Below are positions 47,437 through 57,127 of a stretch of DNA of 64,000 nucleotides, piece by piece. The notes beneath the pieces were generated by a model that was not told the origin of the DNA, did no database searches, and saw nothing but the letters and a program-made list of their open reading frames with translations. How positions within the stretch are numbered: the stretch's first letter is position 1; each line of letters opens with the position of its first letter. The stretch spans positions 32,001-96,000 of IMG/VR virus record IMGVR_UViG_3300021431_000075; one strand, 5' to 3'. Position numbers and translations under genes: made by a program. Origin of the DNA: a virus (Duplodnaviria; Caudoviricetes).

Positions 47437-49510
47437 AACTTATATTGTTTCCTTCATAATCAACCAGTCCTCTCAAGCCAACACGAAGAACGCCCGGACC
47501 TTTTCCACTAACAACATCATCTACAAACTTGCCAAATGACGCGGTTCCATCCTTGTCGAATACGTTGAACTGATTCTTCTTGTTCCGGACAACGACACGC
47601 TCATATGGTTCTATTATCCTGAAAAATGGTTCTATTGAAGTTCTTGCCGGAATCAACAGTTTTCCAGTTCTTGTGCTCAATATGTTACAAACTGACTTTT
47701 TCTTCACAAGAAAGAAACCATCATTAAAATCCGAAATGCTATCAAACCACTCGTCAATCAAGTAATTGCCGTCAGAATCAATGATGTTATAAACCGGATG
47801 CTTGCCATATGGATCATTCTTCATGGTCTTCTTAACCTTGCTAAAACCTTCAACCGGTTCCTCAACATACAATGAATACGCATTCGTTATTCCATCATAT
47901 TCATCAACAAACTTCCCTGTCGATGTCACTATCTGCCACTTGTGATTATGATTTTTGTCAATGTCAAGTTTGTGCCAGAAACCGCCTTTCTGATAATCCA
48001 GAGACCGGGTGAATTCATCAAACACAAGATTTCCTTCTTTATCAACAAGATTGAAATAATCAACGTTTGATTTTACTTTTTTTACTTTATAAACATCCCC
48101 TACTATTACGCACGACGTAAACCCGTCAGGAAATAGAATCTTTCCACTCTCAATATCTATGAAATTCCAAGAGTCGTTGCATATTCCACACACCTTACTT
48201 CCGGCAATATATCTCAAACCACGGTCTTGCCATTCCTTCAACAAGAACCGTCCTTCTTTGAATGAGTATATATTATGCTTTAATGAATCACATACACAAA
48301 CATATTCATTGTCATATGAATAGATCATTTCATAATCGCAGTTTTTCCAAACCAGCGGATGATGCTCGTCATCCACAACAATATAGTTAAACTTGTTACG
48401 ATACTTGCGTTTGACTCTTATGTATTTCTTGTCATTCGTTATTTCCATGCACTCATATCCCTTGCAGATGTCATTGCCATTAACATCAACATATGTTCTA
48501 ATATCTCTACCAACAACATTAGTACTAATATCAGCCAGTGCTATTCCATTCTCAAAGTTATCCAAATGTTTGTACCAGACTTTCGATATTACTTTTCCTG
48601 TCAAATCTATGAAGTTGTAATCGTGCTGGCTCATACGATATACAACTGCACGTCCACACTTGAAGTCATTGATAAAAGAATAGTCATCTGCCAACTTCTT
48701 GTTTCCGTCCTTATCAACAATATTATATACATTGTTTTCTATTTTAACAATCATCAAACCATTTTCATCATATTGAAACTCGTTTGTCTGAAATGCCAAA
48801 GTATTCATCGGCAAAGTAGATATGACATCAAGCTTGTCATCAAGCATATACATCATTTCGTTTGTCGATGAATGAATCACAGTCCTGTTCTTCTCAGCAT
48901 TTGCCCACTTAAGAATGTCATACTTTTTCGCTTGTTGAACTATGCTCTTGATTATCGTTTCTATATCAGAAATACCGAACATTTCAGAATAAAAATCATA
49001 TACATCGAGACCGAAACAGCCACACTGCTGAAAATTATCAGAAATGTCAAGGCTTACATAATCAACTTCGCCGTATGATTTTGTTCCGAAACATATTTCA
49101 GTTCCATCCACTATACCATATGCAGAAAAACTTCTAATCACAGCAAACAGATGCATTAGCATATTATTGAATGCATCAATATCAACATCAAGAAGATTCA
49201 GGTGTCCCGTGAAAAAATCATCTTTGCCTGAATCATCAACAATCATATCTTTAAATGTATAATCACTAATAAATCCTTTCTTGACAAACAAATCAAACGA
49301 CGAAATCAGTTTTGGAATGAACACTTCATTCTTTAAACTGCGTTTCTTCTTGGAATTAGTTTCTTCATCAAAAACGAACATAATCTTATACTTGCAGAAA
49401 TTCTTTTCATCCTGCTTGTCTCTCACTTCTTCTGCATCAACATTATCAAGAAGCGACTCGTTTATTATGCACATCCTTTTGTCTAACATAAGCATATGAT
49501 CATTTTTCAA
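47429..49510 (-). CDS. Array member: WG-like beta-repeat protein
   Basis: IINESLLDNVDAEEVRD leader; repeats; ends NISFV. Confidence 0.9.
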   Translation of the reverse strand: MKNDHMLMLDKRMCIINESLLDNVDAEEVRDKQDEKNFCKYKIMFVFDEETNSKKKRSLKNEVFIPKLISSFDLFVKKGFISDYTFKDMIVDDSGKDDFFTGHLNLLDVDIDAFNNMLMHLFAVIRSFSAYGIVDGTEICFGTKSYGEVDYVSLDISDNFQQCGCFGLDVYDFYSEMFGISDIETIIKSIVQQAKKYDILKWANAEKNRTVIHSSTNEMMYMLDDKLDVISTLPMNTLAFQTNEFQYDENGLMIVKIENNVYNIVDKDGNKKLADDYSFINDFKCGRAVVYRMSQHDYNFIDLTGKVISKVWYKHLDNFENGIALADISTNVVGRDIRTYVDVNGNDICKGYECMEITNDKKYIRVKRKYRNKFNYIVVDDEHHPLVWKNCDYEMIYSYDNEYVCVCDSLKHNIYSFKEGRFLLKEWQDRGLRYIAGSKVCGICNDSWNFIDIESGKILFPDGFTSCVIVGDVYKVKKVKSNVDYFNLVDKEGNLVFDEFTRSLDYQKGGFWHKLDIDKNHNHKWQIVTSTGKFVDEYDGITNAYSLYVEEPVEGFSKVKKTMKNDPYGKHPVYNIIDSDGNYLIDEWFDSISDFNDGFFLVKKKSVCNILSTRTGKLLIPARTSIEPFFRIIEPYERVVVRNKKNQFNVFDKDGTASFGKFVDDVVSGKGPGVLRVGLRGLVDYEGNNISFV

Positions 49511-51588
49511 ATGACTGAAATTATATTTCCATCATAATCAGTAAGCAAACTGTTCCCGACACGCAAAATTCCATCATCGTACTTCTCGATTCTGCTATAT
49601 GTCCAGTTCTCGAATGATTTCTTACCGTGCTTGTTGAACACATTATACATGAATGTCATATCCTCCACGATGATATACTCGTTCGGTTCAATGACTTTAA
49701 CATCCAGCATATTACCATCATTATACTTCGGCAAAAAATTCTTACCTTCATAAGAGATTATATTCTTGTACTTTCCCTCTTTTGACAAAAAGAATCCATC
49801 CGGGATATAAACCAAAGAATTTTTCTCCCATTTCTTCCCTCCGAACATCGGATTTCCATCAACATCAACATATTTGCACATCTGTTTGGAATCAATATCA
49901 ACAATCTTTATCAGACCGCTTTCATCCATATCATAATTAACTCTATCATAATCAAGGATAACTTTTCCAGAAAGGTCCATTATCTTATTCATAATGACAC
50001 TCTTCCCATCAACTTCAAACTCATTCTGACATACAATACGCCGATTGCATAAAAAAGATATACGCTTAAACCATTCTTTCTTCGAAATCAACTCGCCGTT
50101 CACATTTGTACAATTCCACATTTCGTCCAACATTGGACGCTTACGCTCCTTAACGATATAAAAACGGTCGCCGCCATTCAAACAATTGTTTGCAGTGCAA
50201 TCACTAAACCTCATATCATTCAAAGGTTCCTCGGTTCGTACATCTATGAATCTCCAGCTATAATTTTCTTGAACTGCACAAACTCCTGAATCCGGATAAC
50301 CTATCACGTCATCATACCAGTTTGTCAAAAGAAAAGTTCCGTCTTCCTTCAAATAATTATACTTTTTACCGCGCTTAACCTTGGCATAGCCGTTTATGAT
50401 CGTATAACAATTGGAAAACCAGCCATCAGAACCTTTATACACCAAACCGCTCTTGTAATTGAACAAGTTGTATAAACTGCATTGAACACCTATGAGACGA
50501 ACTATCGCATAATCACTATTGTCCAGTCTGGATATATCGTTAAACTCGGTTTTCGATAATAGATTCCCTGTATTGTCTATCAGATTCCACTTACCATTCA
50601 GATTCAACTTACCATGTTTACACTCAACTTTCCCAACGCCGTTTGAGAAATCTTCACAATGACTAAACATCTTATCTGTAATGAACTGTCCTTTCGTGTT
50701 GATATAATTCCAGTCTACACTATTGATTCTCACTCTACAAAAACCTTCTGAAAATTCTCCACAATAGTTGGCATACTCGCTCATGATAGGATGACAATCC
50801 AAGTCCCAATAATTGAAACCAAGGTCTTGGTCACGAACCTTCATAAGATCATTCTCGTCATAATTCCAACTGATATGTTCAGAATTCAAATATTCTTTCG
50901 GCTGTCCAATAGATGCGATTTCTCGCCCGTTCTTGTCATAGACATGCATCATAGATTCCGCCACAAAATAAAGACAGAATCTTGAATTGTGCCGGTCCAT
51001 CGGTTCAAGAACTCTATACTTAATCAGATGCGGAACCAATGAGTGAATCAGGTGTTCATCTCCGAATTGTTTCATATAAAAGTCACACCACTCCACTAAA
51101 ACATACCTTGATGTTGTATCTGAAATAGATTCTCCGGTGAATATATGAAGAGTGACCATTTGGTCATCATTATTGCTCAAATCACACAAACTACTCCAGA
51201 CACTAATCTTCGTATCACGGATACAATCTTTCTCATATGAATTAACCAGTCCGGCAACACGTCCAAGCAAATCATTAAATTCATCAAGTTCATCGCTTGC
51301 AACCGTTACATTAAAAGACAGTTTCGTTCTCTCATAATAGCCGTCTTTGATTCTCAAATCGGAACGCTTGATAACGTATCCGGAATTCATAGGCTTCTTC
51401 AATATATTGTCAAGCCCGTCAGAGAATGATTTATTAAGGCGTTGATCAGACAAATCAAAATAACAGTCAATAAGAAAATATATCACCATAAGTTCTTCTG
51501 GTGATACAGAATCTACGACTTCATCGCTCTCAACCTTATCTAAAAGCGATTCGTTCATCAAAGTTTCTCCATATCTTGACATGGACAT
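49507..51588 (-). CDS. Array member: WG-like beta-repeat protein
   Basis: LMNESLLDKVESDEVVD leader; repeats; ends IISVI. Extended late-type promoter at 51602-51619. Confidence 0.9.
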   Translation of the reverse strand: MSMSRYGETLMNESLLDKVESDEVVDSVSPEELMVIYFLIDCYFDLSDQRLNKSFSDGLDNILKKPMNSGYVIKRSDLRIKDGYYERTKLSFNVTVASDELDEFNDLLGRVAGLVNSYEKDCIRDTKISVWSSLCDLSNNDDQMVTLHIFTGESISDTTSRYVLVEWCDFYMKQFGDEHLIHSLVPHLIKYRVLEPMDRHNSRFCLYFVAESMMHVYDKNGREIASIGQPKEYLNSEHISWNYDENDLMKVRDQDLGFNYWDLDCHPIMSEYANYCGEFSEGFCRVRINSVDWNYINTKGQFITDKMFSHCEDFSNGVGKVECKHGKLNLNGKWNLIDNTGNLLSKTEFNDISRLDNSDYAIVRLIGVQCSLYNLFNYKSGLVYKGSDGWFSNCYTIINGYAKVKRGKKYNYLKEDGTFLLTNWYDDVIGYPDSGVCAVQENYSWRFIDVRTEEPLNDMRFSDCTANNCLNGGDRFYIVKERKRPMLDEMWNCTNVNGELISKKEWFKRISFLCNRRIVCQNEFEVDGKSVIMNKIMDLSGKVILDYDRVNYDMDESGLIKIVDIDSKQMCKYVDVDGNPMFGGKKWEKNSLVYIPDGFFLSKEGKYKNIISYEGKNFLPKYNDGNMLDVKVIEPNEYIIVEDMTFMYNVFNKHGKKSFENWTYSRIEKYDDGILRVGNSLLTDYDGNIISVI

Positions 51589-51676
51589 TATGACTCCTTT
51601 ATATTATAAGATATTTATTTGTTTTAAGCAAAAAATGCGAAAACACATACCAATCATAAAGAAAATGTCCATCTTA

Positions 51677-52348
51677 TCATACACAAAGAACAATCTCTCC
51701 GTTACAATCAACATAATTATCCAGACCTATACGGATAATACCTTCCGGAAGAACTTCAATCATATCTTTTGTCCACTTCGGAAACATCAGGTTTCCGCTC
51801 TTGTCGATTATATTTCTTGTATTATTCTCCTTCTCGACAAGAATGTGCTTTCCGTCATTAATGACTTTCCATTTCTTTATAATATGCTTCTCACGTCCAG
51901 TCCATTCAATCAACCGTTCTTTATATGTGGTCATTATGTTATTTTCATCATCCTCGTCCTTGAATATAATGAAACCGTTGCTTATATCAATAGACCTAAA
52001 CCATTTGTCCGACATAGGCTTTCCGTCTTTGTCTATGACATTTTCCAATGTATTGAAATCAGAATCCTGATTCATTGCACTAACAATCACAAAACCATCA
52101 ACAATCGTCTTGAAAAAATATTTATCGGAAAGAGTCTTATATAAGATTTTTCCATCTATCCTGCAAATATAACTAACTGGATGACCAGTATTGACATATC
52201 TCCGCAAATTGAACAATCCGTTGCTTATATAGTTCACAGAACTGAACCAGTCATTCTTGCGAATCATCTTTCCATTCTCGTCAAGAACACTCCACATCCG
52301 TGTTTCATTATATTTCTTTATATGATTGATTACGCAAAAATATCTTGT
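51677..52348 (-). pseudogene. 3' part of a short WG-repeat array member interrupted by IS607 element 2 (first 7 codons probably at 54924-54904)
   Basis: The frame stays open upstream of ATG 52297 up to the element end (TRYFCVINHIKKYNETR-MWSV...). It has the family C-terminus (IVLCV) but no leader or N-domain. Confidence 0.75.
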
Positions 52349-52356
52349 CCGAAGAA

Positions 52357-54009
52357 CTAAACATGTTCAAAACCATCTTTTGAAGATTGAACACATTCAC
52401 TCCCTGCATTTTGCTGCAGGTTTCTTCGAAACGACAACAGCACTTTCTTCACCTCGTCTTTCTTCAAATCCCTTGGTTCGTAAGAGCCGTTGTCCTGTTG
52501 TTTTAAGAGCTTGTCTCGCAACACGGTTACGAGCACTCTGTTTCTTATGTTGTTTGCAGCGTTGAAGTCTGCATTTGCTGAATAACTACAATTGACGCAA
52601 TGGAAAGTCTCTTGGTCTGGTCTGTTATCATCATCAATACATCCGCATACCGGACACATCTTTGAAGTATAACAAGACTGCACAGTCGATACGGCGATTC
52701 CGTACTTACGAGCGATATGCTCGACCTCATTCTTAAGACTGCTCAATCCGAGAAAACCGACTTTCCTGTTGTAGTTTATGTTATCATTCTCTGGGTCACT
52801 AACATAGCACTTTCCAAAACTGTTATTCAAGTCCTCCATGACTATGTGACCTACATTCCCAGACTGCAGTTTCTTGCACATCGTAGAAATCGTCTGCTGC
52901 TCTGACTTCAGCATCTTCTCGTCAAGCTTGTCAAGCTTGCGCTGCCTGCGCTTTCCGACCACGTAGTCAGGGTTCTTGCTTTTCAACTCGTCAACTTCAA
53001 GGCAGCACTTACAATAGTCATTGACAAGCCTTCTATCATAGTCGTATATAGTTCCGTCCGAAAGACTGAACAGGTTGTGCTTGCAGTTCACGTCTATACC
53101 AACCGTTTCCTTCTCAGAATCGACATCCGGAACATATCTACCATCAGTCTTGCACAGTATAATCTTGACTTGATGAATCTTATCGTCGAACATCATCAAG
53201 TATTCAAAGTTACCGGTTGATGCATTGTAGTCTTTCATGCTTCCGAACCAGTCCTTGTTGAACTTGACCGGAATATCAAATGCCTTTCTACTGAAGCCGC
53301 TCAATGTTATGAAAGCATTTATCTTGGAACCGAACCTCTTGTTATATGCCAGCAGAGTGTTCTTCCTGCTTCGTCCTCCGAAAGTCAGTGACTTGAACTC
53401 TATCGGATGTTCTGAATACTTTCTGACGATTCTCTCGCGCTTGCTCATCGCAAGTCTGATCAAGCGTTCGAAACCGAACTTTTTACAGCACTCTATGATA
53501 TCTTTGTAGAACTTCACCTTGTCAGCATCCGTACATACAAGAACCTGCTGCTCCAGATAGCGAAGCGTGTTTGCATTTCCGTATCTTGCAAGATATGTCA
53601 GGCAAACGCTCAACTTTGTTTTCCTCTTCTTGAACAGAACGCGCTTCAAGTCGCCATTCTTATGCTTTCTCGTATTCTTCTTGTATAATTCAAAACCCTT
53701 GAAATCGACAACATAGAATGACAGTTTCTTGTTAATAGCGGAAAACTTGTTCTGATAGCACACGTACACATCAGAATAAAGTTGATTGTCAAACGAACTT
53801 GATATACATCCGTGATAGCGTGAACGCATCTCTTTAGCAAACTGGAACTTCGAATAATCCAGATAGCGAAGAATGTTATCGTTCACGAATTGCGACACTT
53901 TGTTCTTGTGACTGCGAACAAGCACGGCAAACTCGTACAACTCGTCATACTTGCGGCGAGTCATACAGTTCGAATGGAAAATTCTTGCGTACTTGCTCTT
54001 TACAATCAT
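52357..54009 (-). CDS. tnpB: Large (550 aa) TnpB RNA-guided nuclease with intact D-E-D triad
   Basis: TVGIDVN (RuvC-I), HIVMEDL (RuvC-II), YTSKMCPVCG...FHCVNC (zinc finger), NADFNAANNI (RuvC-III). Hairpins CCTGCA-GCAAAA-TGCAGG and TGTTCAA...TTGAACA in the last ~70 nt fit an overlapping omegaRNA. Confidence 0.9.
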   Translation of the reverse strand: MIVKSKYARIFHSNCMTRRKYDELYEFAVLVRSHKNKVSQFVNDNILRYLDYSKFQFAKEMRSRYHGCISSSFDNQLYSDVYVCYQNKFSAINKKLSFYVVDFKGFELYKKNTRKHKNGDLKRVLFKKRKTKLSVCLTYLARYGNANTLRYLEQQVLVCTDADKVKFYKDIIECCKKFGFERLIRLAMSKRERIVRKYSEHPIEFKSLTFGGRSRKNTLLAYNKRFGSKINAFITLSGFSRKAFDIPVKFNKDWFGSMKDYNASTGNFEYLMMFDDKIHQVKIILCKTDGRYVPDVDSEKETVGIDVNCKHNLFSLSDGTIYDYDRRLVNDYCKCCLEVDELKSKNPDYVVGKRRQRKLDKLDEKMLKSEQQTISTMCKKLQSGNVGHIVMEDLNNSFGKCYVSDPENDNINYNRKVGFLGLSSLKNEVEHIARKYGIAVSTVQSCYTSKMCPVCGCIDDDNRPDQETFHCVNCSYSANADFNAANNIRNRVLVTVLRDKLLKQQDNGSYEPRDLKKDEVKKVLLSFRRNLQQNAGSECVQSSKDGFEHV

Positions 54010-54024
54010 CAGTTTGTCAAATTC

Positions 54025-54630
54025 TTATCCATTTGTTGTTCCTTGCTTTCTCTTCGAGTACATCTTTCCGCTGAACGACGCTATCAGCATCATCATGTCG
54101 ATCACGAGTTCTTCTTGCTCTGCATGTTCCTTGCTGTCAAGCAGCTCTATCTCTACGCCACAGTTGTTGAAGAAATACTCTATGAGATTGTAATGAAACC
54201 TTGTCAGCCGATCCTTGTGCTCTATGACAACCTTGTCTATCTTTCCGCTCGTCACAAGACTACAAAGCTGCACGAAGCCCTTGCGCTTGTCGTTCAAGCC
54301 GCTTCCTATGTCCTTTATCGAATATTCTACCTTGTACTTCTTCTTGATGCAATGCTCGAACAGCCTTGCAGACTGCCTGTCTATGTCGCCGCGCGTCTTC
54401 TGACCAGAAGCCGAGCATCTTGCATATGTAGCGACAACTACGCAGTCGCTTGACTTATGCTCTACATCATTACTTCCGACAAGGCTCTCTATTTCAGACT
54501 GCCTGTAGCGTCTGTGACCGCCGTCTGTCCGGACAGCGGTCAGACGGCCCTCGCGGTCCCACCTGTGCAATGTTGACTTGCTCACGTTAAGCAGTCGCAT
54601 CGTCTCTCTCAATGTCAGTAGCCTGTCCAT
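54025..54630 (-). CDS. tnpA: IS607-family serine recombinase TnpA
   Basis: LNVSKSTLHRWD...RTDGGHRRY (MerR-like HTH), TYARCS, DIGSGLND, EHKDRLTRF, ELVIDM...FSGKMY. Confidence 0.95.
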   Translation of the reverse strand: MDRLLTLRETMRLLNVSKSTLHRWDREGRLTAVRTDGGHRRYRQSEIESLVGSNDVEHKSSDCVVVATYARCSASGQKTRGDIDRQSARLFEHCIKKKYKVEYSIKDIGSGLNDKRKGFVQLCSLVTSGKIDKVVIEHKDRLTRFHYNLIEYFFNNCGVEIELLDSKEHAEQEELVIDMMMLIASFSGKMYSKRKQGTTNG

Positions 54631-54814
54631 ATATGTTGTTCAGTTTTTCAACAATAGCATACGTAATCTGCATTGCAGTGTTGACATGCTCTTGGATTTC
54701 ATCAGGCTCCATTCTCTCAAGACCCTCAAGCAGCGGAAATTCGGTTCCGTCTTCGCATATGAAAATTCCATTAGCAACATCAACAGAAAGAACGCTTATT
54801 TTATTCTGATGCAT
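54587..54814 (-). CDS. Small acidic accessory ORF inside IS607 element 2, overlapping the tnpA start
   Basis: 75 aa (IFICEDGTEFPL...EIQEH). First ORF behind GATAAATA at 54833-54840. Confidence 0.65.
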   Translation of the reverse strand: MHQNKISVLSVDVANGIFICEDGTEFPLLEGLERMEPDEIQEHVNTAMQITYAIVEKLNNIYGQATDIERDDATA

Positions 54815-54942
54815 AGAATTATCATCTTTTATTATTTATCATCATAAATATGAATGAATATTATTGATTGCTTATCAATATCTAATTTGACGCTGTTGAT
54901 AATCCATTTCGGAAGAACTTCCATCAAATGCAAATCTTGTTT

Positions 54943-57111
54943 TTAAATAATGGAAATAAGATTTCCCTTGTTATCAACATAGTTGTCAGCACCGACTCTA
55001 AATACTCCATCTTTGACATATTCAATCACACTGTCAGACCAGTCATCGAACAAAGTCGTCCCGTCAGGAAAAATAATGTTATATTTCTTCTTATAATATG
55101 CAACCTTGAAATAGTCGTCGTAACTATCTATATGAAGCTCGTCAGTTCTCAACCAGTTTTTAAACAAGAACTTACCATTGGAAGAATTCAGGAAATTGTT
55201 TATCATCATGCCATTGACTCTATTCTCAACAACATAAACATTTCCACAACAACCATTTATGTTCATAAACCAATCTTTTGAAACAAGCGTTCCATCAGAA
55301 CGCACAACGTTCCAGAGACCGGATGAGTTTTTTATTCTCGCACAATCATTCTCAAAATCACCAACAATGTATATATCATGCCAATAACCCTTGTCTTTCG
55401 TACTCAATATGTTTCCATTCTTGTCAACTATCTCTTTAAAGTTATTAATGATGACAACTGCACAACCGTTATAAAAATCCGACACAATGCTGTCAATCTG
55501 TATATCGAATAGCAAATTTCCATCACGACTGATAAAATTCGGACTCCCATCCCATCGATTTCGAATACGTGCAAAACCATCACAAAATTCAATAGGCGGG
55601 TTATCCTTATCAAAATATCTTACTTCAACATCCAACCCAAACCATTGATTTGTAATCAATTTTCCGGTAGTGTCAATAAAGTTATATTTCGACATGCCAT
55701 CTTTTGACACAACCAGCGCATTGCCGCCGGAATCAAAATTATAACATTCCCCAAAACCATCCGGTTTCCCGTTCTTGTCAACACACAATACATTTCCGCT
55801 TTCATCAACATAGTTCCATCCAGAAGAATAATACACCCTTGCATACCCGTTGCAAAAATCTCTACACCTACCAACCCATCTATCCAAAAGCAGTTTTCCA
55901 TCCTTTGTATAAAAGTTCCATGCGCCATTGTTGACAACTCTCCACACACCTTCGATTTCGGTTTGTTCAAAAGCATTATCAAAAACATCTTCTGGATACA
56001 AAATCCTGCATTTCTCGTCAACCAAAACAAATCCTTCCTTATCACCAGCGAATTCATCATCAGCATTGCAATAAACCCATCCGAAACCATTTCTGATAGA
56101 CTTGTATGACTTGATTCCTATATTTCCGAACATATCCTTTCCGTCTGCATCCAGAATATGAAAATAACCGCCTTTGTCCTTTACATAATAATATCCGCCC
56201 CGTCTAAAGTCAAGAACACCAAATCCATCTGACAAAATACGACCATGATTATCTATCAAGAATTGTTGATTCTCACTCTTTGGACGAACCACAGCTCTTT
56301 CATTCTCATCAAAAGATGTTCCATATGAATAATATTCTTCTGACAAAAGTTTTCCGCTTCTGTCTATATAATTAACTCCGCCACCATCTGAACTCAAACG
56401 CTGCACCTTCAGCATTCCAGACGAATATGTATTTATATCATTCAAATGAGAATTATCTCTTATAGAGAACAAATCATAACCTCTGGAATCAACAATATGC
56501 ATCATCTCACAATCATCATCCAATCTAACATATATCCTGTATATGTCATCCGAATCGCTTACCCTACATATCAAACCATATGCATTGCCAAGCCGAACAA
56601 CAGTTCTCATTACACTTATTCCCTCACATTCCGGAAACATCTCCTTAAGAGTTAATAAGTTTTTGAATCTCAAAGTCGCATGATTCTTTGTCGATACCCA
56701 GTCAACAGTCAGCCCCATATTTCCATAGTATTCAACATCATCACACTTATTGACAGACACTTCAAAATTATCCAACGAATTGCAATTTCCCTCACAGTAC
56801 AAACAGTACAACATAATCTTGACGACAAATTCTGCTGTAACACACTCTCTCCTGAACTTACAATCTATGATATATTTCCTGATACCACCGGTTGTATCTT
56901 TCTTGTATTCCATAGCAATGTTTCTTTCAATGAGATTATCAAAAAACGCATTGACTTGAACAATAAACCTATCAACAATAAGAGTTCTGTCACAAAACAC
57001 AAAACTTACAGAAATTGCTTCTTTGTTATCATTATCATCAGAAACTTCATCTGTTTCCAATTCTCCAAGAAGCGACTCGTTCATAATGTATGCTGTATTC
57101 ATATTGCTCAT
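54943..57111 (-). CDS. Array member: WG-like beta-repeat protein
   Basis: YIMNESLLGELETDEVSD leader; repeats; ends LISII. Confidence 0.9.
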   Translation of the reverse strand: MSNMNTAYIMNESLLGELETDEVSDDNDNKEAISVSFVFCDRTLIVDRFIVQVNAFFDNLIERNIAMEYKKDTTGGIRKYIIDCKFRRECVTAEFVVKIMLYCLYCEGNCNSLDNFEVSVNKCDDVEYYGNMGLTVDWVSTKNHATLRFKNLLTLKEMFPECEGISVMRTVVRLGNAYGLICRVSDSDDIYRIYVRLDDDCEMMHIVDSRGYDLFSIRDNSHLNDINTYSSGMLKVQRLSSDGGGVNYIDRSGKLLSEEYYSYGTSFDENERAVVRPKSENQQFLIDNHGRILSDGFGVLDFRRGGYYYVKDKGGYFHILDADGKDMFGNIGIKSYKSIRNGFGWVYCNADDEFAGDKEGFVLVDEKCRILYPEDVFDNAFEQTEIEGVWRVVNNGAWNFYTKDGKLLLDRWVGRCRDFCNGYARVYYSSGWNYVDESGNVLCVDKNGKPDGFGECYNFDSGGNALVVSKDGMSKYNFIDTTGKLITNQWFGLDVEVRYFDKDNPPIEFCDGFARIRNRWDGSPNFISRDGNLLFDIQIDSIVSDFYNGCAVVIINNFKEIVDKNGNILSTKDKGYWHDIYIVGDFENDCARIKNSSGLWNVVRSDGTLVSKDWFMNINGCCGNVYVVENRVNGMMINNFLNSSNGKFLFKNWLRTDELHIDSYDDYFKVAYYKKKYNIIFPDGTTLFDDWSDSVIEYVKDGVFRVGADNYVDNKGNLISII

Positions 57112-57127
57112 TGTTTAAAAACCCATT

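Larger units (their letters stand above)
52349..54905 (-). mobile_element. IS607-family element 2 (small ORF + tnpA + tnpB), bounded by GG dinucleotides
   Basis: GG (minus strand) at 54905-54904 and 52350-52349. Excision leaving one GG restores an open frame MEVLPKW-TRYFCV... Confidence 0.88.

Noticed and set aside
54815-54905. IStron (group I intron fused to IS607) explaining the in-gene insertion
   Set aside because: Only ~90 AT-rich nt lie between the left junction and the first ORF, too short and unstructured for a group I intron core.
42830-54940. CRISPR-Cas12f/Cas14 system suggested by the two RuvC proteins
   Set aside because: No repeat-spacer array was found near either gene, and both lie directly downstream of an IS607 serine recombinase, so TnpB is the simpler call.
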